Below, in pieces: positions 29,121 through 37,145 of a DNA stretch of 64,000 nt. Each line of letters opens with the position of its first letter. The first letter of the stretch is position 1. The position numbers were made by a program, and so were the translations under genes. Source of the stretch: an uncultured Pseudomonadota bacterium (GTDB taxonomy: Bacteria; Pseudomonadota; Alphaproteobacteria; Rs-D84); the NCBI GenBank assembly GCA_902793005.1, contig CADBBQ010000004.1:9396-73395 (forward strand). Direction: 5' to 3'. The notes below the pieces were generated by a model that was not told the origin of the DNA, did no database searches, and was given only the letters and a program-made list of their open reading frames with translations.

Positions 29121-29414
29121 ATGAGGAATACCAGCGCGGAATGGATTGAATGGGCAAACCAAGAATATTTTGGTATTGGCGATAACAGTGGTAATTCTGG
29201 TTGCGGGTGTGGGGGTTGTTGCATTGTTGGAGTAATCATATTGGGAACACTGGCGTTGGTGGGCTGTGGTGGATACAAAATTGCTCAATCGATGATCCAA
29301 CCCGAAAAACCAAAAGTCGAAAAAGCACAAATTACAAATAATAACGCAAAGTATAATAAATCAACGTTGTTTATAAAATCTTTGGCATTAAATCAGAAAA
29401 TTAAACAAGCATAA
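29121..29414 (+). CDS. Small Cys-rich single-pass membrane protein (paralog of 26767..27105)
   Basis: Starts MRNTSAEWIEWANQEYFGIGDNSGNSGCGCGGCCIVGVIILGTLALVGC. Confidence 0.55.
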   Translation: MRNTSAEWIEWANQEYFGIGDNSGNSGCGCGGCCIVGVIILGTLALVGCGGYKIAQSMIQPEKPKVEKAQITNNNAKYNKSTLFIKSLALNQKIKQA

Positions 29415-29424
29415 GGACACATAA

Positions 29425-29856
29425 ATGGCTGGTGCATACAGTGTATTTGACGAAAATGGACACTATAAACCCGGAACTTATAATAACGGGTATGGTTCCA
29501 AAATAGGAATGCCGGTTAAAAAAAATCCAGAATGGTATGAAAGTGATTTTCATAGCACGTCCGCTATTTATCCAACGTATGTTTATGATGTGTATCCTTA
29601 TCGTACAATGGGTGGATTGTTTGGTAATAAGCCTGTCACATACTATAACGTTCGTGTTCGGTTTAATTCTGAATCCAAAGGGATGGAGCCACCACGCGCA
29701 TCGGATTGTGCAGAAATTTATGTGGATAACAGCCCTTATCAATCATATTGGGAAGCGGTATATGAATTTCACGATGGGTTATTAAAATCTGCACAACAAA
29801 AGGCAAATGATTTTCATACCGAAATCGTAAATCAAATACGTTCGAATAAAAGATAA
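29425..29856 (+). CDS. Hypothetical Tyr/Pro-rich protein (cassette array member)
   Basis: 143 aa. Ends ...SNKR with an AGATAAAAGGAAA junction. Confidence 0.55.
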   Translation: MAGAYSVFDENGHYKPGTYNNGYGSKIGMPVKKNPEWYESDFHSTSAIYPTYVYDVYPYRTMGGLFGNKPVTYYNVRVRFNSESKGMEPPRASDCAEIYVDNSPYQSYWEAVYEFHDGLLKSAQQKANDFHTEIVNQIRSNKR

Positions 29857-30046
29857 AAGGAAAAAAAATCCGTCGATTGTGGCGGGATTTTTTTATAAAA
29901 ATACTTGATTTTCCGATATTTTTGTGTCAAAATCAGGGCACGTCGTTTGACGAAGAACACAGTTTTCGTGGTTGATTCTGTCCATAACATATTGTTTTTG
30001 GCTAAATCCACGGGAACGAGGAATTAACAGAAAAAAGGATAAAATT

Positions 30047-30883
30047 ATGGCATTGCCTACATTTACTATGAAACAATTGATGGAGGCCGGCGTTCATTTT
30101 GGACACCACACTCGTCGTTGGAACCCGTTGATGACCCCATACGTTTATGGCGTCAAAGATAAAATTCATATTATCAATTTGAACAAAACTGCACCGTTGT
30201 TGCATCGTGCATTGGTCGCATTAGAGGCCGTTGCCGCCGCCGGTGGTAAAATCTTGTTCGTTGCAACCAAGCACCAGGCCAAAGATATCGTTCGCGATGC
30301 GGCCGAACGTTGCGGTCAATACTATGTGAACAATCGTTGGTTGGGTGGTATGTTGACAAACTGGACAACGGTTTCTCAGAGCATTCGTCGTTTGAAAAAA
30401 ATGGAAAATGACATCGCAAATGCTGACAAATTGGGTTTGACCAAAAAAGAAGTCGGCGTTATGACCAAAGAAGTCGAAAAATTGCGTTCTGTGTTTGGTG
30501 GTATTTTGGAAATGCACGGAACCCCTCAGGCGATGATTGTTATTGATGTGCCGCGTGAAATGAACGCTGTGCGCGAGGCAAAAATCTTGGACATCCCAAC
30601 AATCGCTATTTGTGATACGAACGCAAATCCGGAAATGGTTGACTATCCGGTGCCGGGTAATGACGATGCGGCACGTGCGACACAGTTGTATTGCGATTTG
30701 TTCGTTGATGCAATTTTGTCGGGTATTGAAAAACGTTTGGGCGGTGCGGCGGCCAAAAAGGCGGATGCTGACACGGATGCGGCCGATGAAATCGAGGCCG
30801 ATTTGAAAGATAAAGAGGCCAAAGAAAAATCCAAGGCATCGGTGGCACGCGCGGAACGTCGTGAAAAGAAAGCCGACAAATAA
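30047..30883 (+). CDS. rpsB: 30S ribosomal protein S2
   Basis: Start at MALPTFTMKQLMEAGVHFGHHTRRWNP. Acidic/basic C-terminal tail. Confidence 0.97.
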   Translation: MALPTFTMKQLMEAGVHFGHHTRRWNPLMTPYVYGVKDKIHIINLNKTAPLLHRALVALEAVAAAGGKILFVATKHQAKDIVRDAAERCGQYYVNNRWLGGMLTNWTTVSQSIRRLKKMENDIANADKLGLTKKEVGVMTKEVEKLRSVFGGILEMHGTPQAMIVIDVPREMNAVREAKILDIPTIAICDTNANPEMVDYPVPGNDDAARATQLYCDLFVDAILSGIEKRLGGAAAKKADADTDAADEIEADLKDKEAKEKSKASVARAERREKKADK

Positions 30884-30956
30884 AAATTAGACGCTGTTCG
30901 GGGATGCGTCCCCGAACGCAGAATTTTCAATATTATAAAAAGATAAGGAAATAACA

Positions 30957-31826
30957 ATGGCAGAAGTGACAGCAAAATTGATTCAAGAACTGCGCGAAAA
31001 AACCGCGGCAGGTATGTTGGATTGCAAAAAGGCATTAATCGAAAACAATGGCGATATTGATGCGGCGGCTGACTGGTTGCGTAAAAAAGGTATTGTCAAG
31101 GCGGCATCCAAGGCTGGTCGTGTTGCGGCATCTGGTTTGGTGACCGTTGTTAAATGCGATAACTTGGGTTGTGTCGTGGAATTAAATGCCGAAACTGATT
31201 TCGTTGCCAAAAATGAAAAGTTCCAAAAATTGGTTGCCGATGTCGCAAACAAAGCATTGGAATTGTCTGGCGATTTTGATGCCACATTGGCGGCGGTCAA
31301 AGATGATATCGCGGCAACAATTTCCACAATTGGCGAAAATATGAATTTGCGTCGTATTGCCAAGGTCAATGGCGACCACGTGTATTCTTATATTCACAAT
31401 GCATTGGTGCCGGGTATGGGACAAATCGGTGTTGCGGTTGCAATCAATGGTAATGACCCGAAAATCGATGAAATTGGACCAAAAATTGCAATGCACATTG
31501 CGGCAAACAAACCGGAATATATGACGATTGCGGATGTTGACCCGGTGGCGGTTGAACGTGAACGCCGTGTTTTCATTGAATCGGGCGCGACAAATGGCAA
31601 ACCTGAAAATATCGTTGAAAAAATGGTCCAGGGTCGTTTGCAAAAATACTATGCGGAATCCGTTTTAGAAGAACAACCGTTCGTTATGGATCCAAGTAAA
31701 TCTGTGAAACAAGTTGTGGCCGAGGCCGGTGGTAAATTGGCCGGGTTTGCATACTATGTTTTGGGCGAAGGTATCCAAAAACGCGAAGATAACTTGGCGG
31801 ATGAAGTTGCAAAAATGTTGCAATAG
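30957..31826 (+). CDS. tsf: Elongation factor Ts
   Basis: 289 aa. LRE.T.AGM.DCKKAL N-terminus and TDFVAKN motif. Follows rpsB. Confidence 0.97.
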   Translation: MAEVTAKLIQELREKTAAGMLDCKKALIENNGDIDAAADWLRKKGIVKAASKAGRVAASGLVTVVKCDNLGCVVELNAETDFVAKNEKFQKLVADVANKALELSGDFDATLAAVKDDIAATISTIGENMNLRRIAKVNGDHVYSYIHNALVPGMGQIGVAVAINGNDPKIDEIGPKIAMHIAANKPEYMTIADVDPVAVERERRVFIESGATNGKPENIVEKMVQGRLQKYYAESVLEEQPFVMDPSKSVKQVVAEAGGKLAGFAYYVLGEGIQKREDNLADEVAKMLQ

Positions 31827-31904
31827 TTTTGCATAAATAACAAACAACGGAGAGAGTCGCACAGATTTTATTTGTGCGACTTTTCCATCGAAAAAGGATG
31901 AAAT

Positions 31905-33020
31905 ATGGCGGATATTTCAAATACAGAATATATTACCGTAAATGCCAATGGGATTTTTGTTGGTGGCAAACCTGCAACAACATATCGTGGTGAAGAAATA
32001 AATTTGCCAGACAGCGTGCATAGAGATTTTGCCCACATCCAAACCTTAAATAAAAATGTTGCGGAATTGCATGTGTTGTCATCGGAAACACGTGGCGAAC
32101 GTGCAAAACCGGGTAATCCATCAGGAAAACAGGGTCCAAATACGTGGTGTCGGGTAAAGTTTGAAAACGGTAATTTTGGTGCGTGGGTCTTCTACAACGA
32201 GTACGCTTCGGCCGCCTTTTGTGCGTGCTACTGTGCGGTCGACTGCGCGTACGACGTCCGTAATAGCGCGTCGTTTCGGTCTGTAGTTTTGGGTGAGACA
32301 ATTGATAAAAGTAAAGCAAAACAAAACGTATTAACAAATGCGTTGAAAGATACAAATTTGTCGCAATGTGTGCCAGATATTCCAAATACAGCATATATTA
32401 CCATAAAATACTATTGGTATTATTTTTATGTTAATCATGATGACCGTTGTTGGGTTATTGGCGCTTTTGTTGGTGGGCATCATGTAGAAAAATATCATGG
32501 TCAGACAATATATGAGTATAACGCTGACGTACGAGATTATAACGCTGAAGCACGAGATGCATACACACGCCTGTTTAATAATAGTGAGTATAATTTTAGC
32601 GATATATATCCGCGCATTGCCAGTGGTTCTATTACAGAAGTTCATGTTGGTGCATTTGAAACGCGTGGCGAATATGCAAAGCCAGGCAATCCGGATGGTG
32701 TGTTTGGTCCAAATGCATGGTGTCGTGTGAAATATAAAAATGGAGATTTAGGTCCGTGGGTCTTTGTTAACGACTGTGGTTCGGCCGCCAATTGTGCGAG
32801 AAGGTGTGTGTTTCTCTGCGCGAGCAGTATCAGAGAATCTGCATCGTTTCGGGCCGCGTTGTGTGGGCCAATTGAAAAATCGAATGCGAATCTTGCTATG
32901 ACACAAAACGCATTAACAAATGTGTTAAAAGATACAGATTTGTCTAAATTTGTTGGCACGCATAAAATCGGTGCTTATGAAATTGTTGTCCGTAAATCTG
33001 GGCAGAATACAAGGGGGTAA
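31905..33020 (+). CDS. Two-module DGR target-family protein (tandem fusion, each module ending in a VR-like segment)
   Basis: 371 aa. Module 1 is MADISNTEYITV...WCRVKFENGNFGAWVF...FRSVVLGE. Module 2 is PDIPNTAYITI...WCRVKYKNGDLGPWVF...FRAALCGP. Ends with the shared C-terminal module. Confidence 0.8.
   Translation: MADISNTEYITVNANGIFVGGKPATTYRGEEINLPDSVHRDFAHIQTLNKNVAELHVLSSETRGERAKPGNPSGKQGPNTWCRVKFENGNFGAWVFYNEYASAAFCACYCAVDCAYDVRNSASFRSVVLGETIDKSKAKQNVLTNALKDTNLSQCVPDIPNTAYITIKYYWYYFYVNHDDRCWVIGAFVGGHHVEKYHGQTIYEYNADVRDYNAEARDAYTRLFNNSEYNFSDIYPRIASGSITEVHVGAFETRGEYAKPGNPDGVFGPNAWCRVKYKNGDLGPWVFVNDCGSAANCARRCVFLCASSIRESASFRAALCGPIEKSNANLAMTQNALTNVLKDTDLSKFVGTHKIGAYEIVVRKSGQNTRG
32184..32297 (+). 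repeat. VR4: VR-like segment, near A-only relationship to the TR
   Basis: 15 substitutions at TR adenines and 2 at non-A positions within the core (ACG to GAG, AGT to GCT). Its 3' flank GCGTCGTTTCGGTC is shared with VR3, not with the TR. Confidence 0.7.
32757..32867 (+). repeat. VR5: decayed VR-like segment
   Basis: Aligns to the TR through the invariant islands TGGGTCTT, TCGGCCGCCAATTGTGCG, TGCGCG and TTTCGGG, but has many non-adenine mismatches. Confidence 0.6.
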
Positions 33021-33022
33021 AG

Positions 33023-33199
33023 ATGTATAAAAAAACTGAAAATTATCCAATTAAAAATCCAATCGTGTTATGTGATAAAAATGGAAATTATTATGTTGCG
33101 TTTGATTCTAAAATTGGACATGAAGAATTTTCCGGCACACGCGAAGATGTTTTACAACAATTGGTTCGTCGTGTTAAAAGAATTTTGCATGTCAGATAA
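33023..33199 (+). CDS. Small hypothetical protein (58 aa; below the ORF-track cutoff)
   Basis: ATG 3 nt after the 31905..33020 stop. Translation MYKKTENYPIKNPIVLCDKNGNYYVAFDSKIGHEEFSGTREDVLQQLVRRVKRILHVR. Confidence 0.45.
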   Translation: MYKKTENYPIKNPIVLCDKNGNYYVAFDSKIGHEEFSGTREDVLQQLVRRVKRILHVR

Positions 33200-33216
33200 T
33201 TTTTAAAGGATGTATT

Positions 33217-33636
33217 ATGAACAGAAATCGGGTTGGTAAATTTAGAATGGATGACAACGAAAATCAGGCTGATATTACCTTGCTGGATGATAACAGTATA
33301 GTAATGATACCAAAGTCATACGTTGTAAAACGTGATGTAAATGGCAATGATATTCCTTTGTTGGCACCTGGGGATCGTTTCACAATTTTGCAAGATAATA
33401 TGGGTTATGGTTTTGCATATGTTTATAATAAACATTTGTATATGGTGGAAACACCATATGATGCCCGTGCCTTTGTTCGTGATATACCTTTTATGGACAG
33501 AATTGTTTTTGCCAGTGCTTTGCGTCGTGAGGTTGTACGTCGCAAACAAACACCGTCGTTGCGGGCGTATAAAAATTTGCAAAAATTGATTGCTGATCGT
33601 ATTGATACAGAACAAAGATTGATGAAACAATTATAA
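33217..33636 (+). CDS. Hypothetical protein
   Basis: 139-aa ORF with AAAGGA RBS. No motif recognised. Confidence 0.5.
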   Translation: MNRNRVGKFRMDDNENQADITLLDDNSIVMIPKSYVVKRDVNGNDIPLLAPGDRFTILQDNMGYGFAYVYNKHLYMVETPYDARAFVRDIPFMDRIVFASALRREVVRRKQTPSLRAYKNLQKLIADRIDTEQRLMKQL

Positions 33637-33723
33637 TTATTAAAAACCGCCAAATTTTTGGCGTTTTTTTGTTGAAAATGTCGGATTTTCTACTACTATG
33701 ACTATGAACCAAAGGAGTGTTCC

Positions 33724-34632
33724 ATGGCGAAGAAAAAAAGAAACTATAGTACTACCCCAAAAAGTATCACTGTTGATTTGAATAAGGTTCATATTGGTGG
33801 ACAATATGCGGATATGTTGCGTGCCAGCAATCAGGATAAATCGAATGCGGCATTGGTTACAAAACCAATTTTGGAACTGGAACCTGCACATATTGCGTCG
33901 GAACGCAGAGAATATGTTGAAAAGTGGAAATATTGGATGCAAGAGCCACGTTGGTGTGCTGGTTATTCTTGGTTGTTGTTGCGTGAAAATTATGAACTTT
34001 ATGAACGTGAAGAAGGATTGACCCGGGACGAATATTACGAAATTGCAAAGGTCGCCATCAATACAGGGCCAGAACAAATGAATCGGTTGCGTACAGATAA
34101 AGTGTCAGATGTGCGCTATTTTGAATTATGTAAAATTATGGCATCGCATGCGGCGTTTTATGGTGTTGATTATGAAAAATTGAACCGTGGGACATCAAAT
34201 GGCACGTATAAAATAGCAAATTTTGTAATTGATTCTTTTTATAAGGCAGAACATGAATGTCAGATTCAAAATGCGGCTCGCGGTCTAAGACGTGGTGAAA
34301 AATATCAAGATTATATGAGTGAGAGGGATGCTGCCCAGTTATTGTTTTATATGTGGTTAATTGTTCATAATGAATTGTTGGTTGGTGTTCGTGATAAAGA
34401 AATTACTGAATTTGTTGATAAAGGTTTGGTAAATCCAATGGATGCAGACAGATATATTGTTAAATTAACACAAAATGCGGCAAAGTCCCCTTGTACCGGG
34501 TTGATTAAATCCGTTAGATTGGGCCAGGGTTTACAAGTTCCTGAATTTTGTAAAAAAGCGCAGGACAAGGTGTTGGATATATATGAGGCATTGGTAGAGA
34601 AAAAATCAAATATGTTTGATTTTACCAGATAG
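33724..34632 (+). CDS. Hypothetical protein
   Basis: 302-aa ORF. No motif recognised. A terminator hairpin follows. Confidence 0.55.
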   Translation: MAKKKRNYSTTPKSITVDLNKVHIGGQYADMLRASNQDKSNAALVTKPILELEPAHIASERREYVEKWKYWMQEPRWCAGYSWLLLRENYELYEREEGLTRDEYYEIAKVAINTGPEQMNRLRTDKVSDVRYFELCKIMASHAAFYGVDYEKLNRGTSNGTYKIANFVIDSFYKAEHECQIQNAARGLRRGEKYQDYMSERDAAQLLFYMWLIVHNELLVGVRDKEITEFVDKGLVNPMDADRYIVKLTQNAAKSPCTGLIKSVRLGQGLQVPEFCKKAQDKVLDIYEALVEKKSNMFDFTR

Positions 34633-34654
34633 CAAAAAACTCTGTTCAGGGAAT

Positions 34655-34692
34655 TACCCGCAAAATTTAATAATTTTGCGGGGCTTTTTTAT
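34655..34692 (+). terminator. Rho-independent terminator
   Basis: CCCGCAAAATT-TAAT-AATTTTGCGGG followed by a T-run. Confidence 0.75.
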
Positions 34693-34761
34693 TGTATCTT
34701 GGGGTTGCAACAGATAATTTTTCATGATATTATTTTTTCTGATATAGAAAAAGGTTTTGTG

Positions 34762-35973
34762 ATGAAAAATAATTTGATGTTTGAATTGACCCAGCGTGGT
34801 TTTATTAATCAATGTTCTAATATGAATGCGGTTGCAGATTTATTGGATAACGGACAAATTGCAGTTTATTTGGGTTCGGATCCAACCGCGGATTCTTTGC
34901 ATGTGGGGCATTTGGTTCCGGTTATGATGATGCGCTGGTTGCAAAAATATGGCCATAAACCATTGATGTTGGTCGGTGGGGCAACGGGGCGTATTGGTGA
35001 TCCATCGGGACGTGATACGGGTCGCCCAATGATGACCGAAGAAGTTTTGGCAAAAAATGTTGCAGGGTTAAAAAAATCTTATTCTAAATTTTTGCGTTTT
35101 GGTGATGGCGAATCCGATGCGTTAATTGTTGATAACTATGATTGGATGCGTGGTTATTCGCATTTGGATTTCTTGGCGCAATATGGTTTGGATTTTACAA
35201 TTCCACGTATGCTTTCTATGGAAAGTGTGAAAAAGCGTTTGGAAAATGGTATGACTTTCTTGGAATTTAATTATATGACTTTCCAGGCGGTTGATTTCTT
35301 GACACTTTATAAAGAACATAATTGTGTTTTGCAACTGTGTGGTGCAGACCAATGGGGTAATGCGATTATGGGTGTGGAATTGATTCGTAAAAAAATGGGC
35401 AAGGAAGCCTATGTGTTATCTACATCCCTGATTACCGACGCAAACGGAAATAAAATTGGAAAATCTGCGGGTAATGCGGTTTGGGTTAATGAAGATAAAA
35501 CGACGCCTTATGAATATTATCAATATTTCCGTAATACACCGGATGATTTGGTTGAAAAATTCTTGAAAATTTTTACCGAAATTCCATTGGAAGAAATTGC
35601 AGAATTGTCGCGCAAGCAAGGTGCGGAATTGAACGAGGTTAAAAAAATACTGGCATATTCCGCAACCGAAATTGCACATGGGACGGACGCTGCGCGGGAT
35701 GCCGAGGCGGCCGCGGCGGCGTTGTTCGCCGGTGGTGCGAACAGTGCCAATGTGCCGTTTGTTGAATTAGAAATGCGCGAACCAATGAAAATTTTGGATT
35801 TCTTGGTTGCAATTAAATTGTTTGATTCTAAATCCGAGGCGCGTCGTAATGTCGAACAAGGCGGTATTCAAATCGATAATGAAAAAATTACTGATAAAGA
35901 ATTCGTCGTGTCAAATGCGGAACATATGGTTCAAAAAGGAAAGAAAACATTTTTGCGTGTTGTTGTAAAATAA
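34762..35973 (+). CDS. tyrS: Tyrosine--tRNA ligase
   Basis: Start at MKNNLMFELTQRGF. HIGH-type motif (SLHVGHLV), KMSKS-type motif (KIGKSAGN), C-terminal S4-like domain. Confidence 0.95.
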   Translation: MKNNLMFELTQRGFINQCSNMNAVADLLDNGQIAVYLGSDPTADSLHVGHLVPVMMMRWLQKYGHKPLMLVGGATGRIGDPSGRDTGRPMMTEEVLAKNVAGLKKSYSKFLRFGDGESDALIVDNYDWMRGYSHLDFLAQYGLDFTIPRMLSMESVKKRLENGMTFLEFNYMTFQAVDFLTLYKEHNCVLQLCGADQWGNAIMGVELIRKKMGKEAYVLSTSLITDANGNKIGKSAGNAVWVNEDKTTPYEYYQYFRNTPDDLVEKFLKIFTEIPLEEIAELSRKQGAELNEVKKILAYSATEIAHGTDAARDAEAAAAALFAGGANSANVPFVELEMREPMKILDFLVAIKLFDSKSEARRNVEQGGIQIDNEKITDKEFVVSNAEHMVQKGKKTFLRVVVK

Positions 35974-35977
35974 CATA

Positions 35978-36088
35978 ATGAAAAAAATACTGATTATTTT
36001 AATCGGTTGCGTGGTATTTGTGTCGCCGGCATTTTGTGCCAGTGAATTGTCGCGTATTCAATCAGAAATTAAACAGGTCGAACAATAA
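35978..36088 (+). other. Detached signal-peptide fragment of the EnvC-like gene, ended by an in-frame TAA
   Basis: ATG at 35978 encodes MKKILIILIGCVVFVSPAFCASELSRIQSEIKQVEQ, then TAA at 36086-36088. It is in the same frame as ORF 36098..37054. Confidence 0.7.
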
Positions 36089-36097
36089 AATAAAAAG

Positions 36098-37054
36098 TTG
36101 GCCGAACAGGTCAAGCAATCTGATAAAAACGTTGCACAAACAAAACAAGATTTGGTGCGAACCGCCGACAGGGTGAGTTCTTTGGAAGAACAACGCGGCA
36201 AAATGCAAAATAAAATTGATGAATTGGATGCCCGGCGGGCCAAAATTACAAAAGAACTGGAAACAAATAAATCACGCGTTTTTGATTCTGTGTCTGGGAT
36301 TTTATATATGGCGATGCGCCCCAGTTTTGATGCAAAAAATATGAACGATTATGTTTTGACATCGGCAATTTTGTCGGGTGTGTCTGGACAATTTGATGCC
36401 GATATACAACGGGCTTCGCAACAATTAGATGAATTGGAAAAAATTCGTAATGCACGCAGTGTTGAAAAAGAAAAATTGGACAGAACGGCAAAAAAATACA
36501 CTCGCGAACGAAACGAGTTGGATAAATTGTTAAAAACACGCAGTGCGCAAAATGAAAAATTAAAAACTGAACACGCCGCTTTACAGAAAAAATTAAAGGC
36601 GTTGTCGGAACGTGCAAAAAATATTTCGGAATTGTCCGCCGGCGTTGGCAGTTCGGAAATGTCATCGGATGCGCGTTTTTCACGACGGAAATTAAATTTG
36701 CCTGTGCGTGGACGGATTGTTGTAAGGTTTGGTGAAAAAACGGCACTGGGGTTGACATCGGATGGTTGGCGGATTCGCACATCGGGTGATGCGTTGGTGA
36801 CGGCGCCCGCCGATGGTGTGGTAAAGTTTGCCGATACTTTCCGCGGTTTTGGTCGGGTTGTTATTATGTCGCATAAAAATGGTTATAATACCGTTATCAC
36901 AAATATGGGACGCGTGGATGTTGTTCCAAATCAAGAGGTTTTGGCCGGCGAACCAATCGGTCGCATCAATCCGGATAAACGCGAAATGTATATGGAGGTG
37001 CGTCGTGGTAACAAGGCGGTTGACCCGGCGCGTTTGTTCCGCGAAGAAAATTAA
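36098..37054 (+). CDS. EnvC-like M23 (LytM-domain) peptidase: coiled-coil plus LytM domain, without its own signal peptide
   Basis: 318 aa. Long coiled-coil then a C-terminal M23 fold (G..I.....DG.V.FA....GFG.VVI..H..GY.T...). Precedes ctpA as in many alphaproteobacteria. Confidence 0.85.
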   Translation: MAEQVKQSDKNVAQTKQDLVRTADRVSSLEEQRGKMQNKIDELDARRAKITKELETNKSRVFDSVSGILYMAMRPSFDAKNMNDYVLTSAILSGVSGQFDADIQRASQQLDELEKIRNARSVEKEKLDRTAKKYTRERNELDKLLKTRSAQNEKLKTEHAALQKKLKALSERAKNISELSAGVGSSEMSSDARFSRRKLNLPVRGRIVVRFGEKTALGLTSDGWRIRTSGDALVTAPADGVVKFADTFRGFGRVVIMSHKNGYNTVITNMGRVDVVPNQEVLAGEPIGRINPDKREMYMEVRRGNKAVDPARLFREEN

Positions 37055-37145
37055 GTTGTTGAAATGCGAAATTTCGTGTTGCAGAAATTCTTTTTTTATA
37101 ATATGCTGGGTGTGATAAATTAGAGGAAAGAGAAAGGGCGTTTTT

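Noticed and set aside
36086-36088. The in-frame stop in the EnvC-like gene might be a recoded codon (selenocysteine, pyrrolysine or an alternative genetic code).
   Set aside because: The codon is TAA, not TGA or TAG. TGA and TAA both terminate well-supported genes here, and a canonical RF2 frameshift site shows TGA is read as stop. A point mutation or sequencing error is the simpler explanation.
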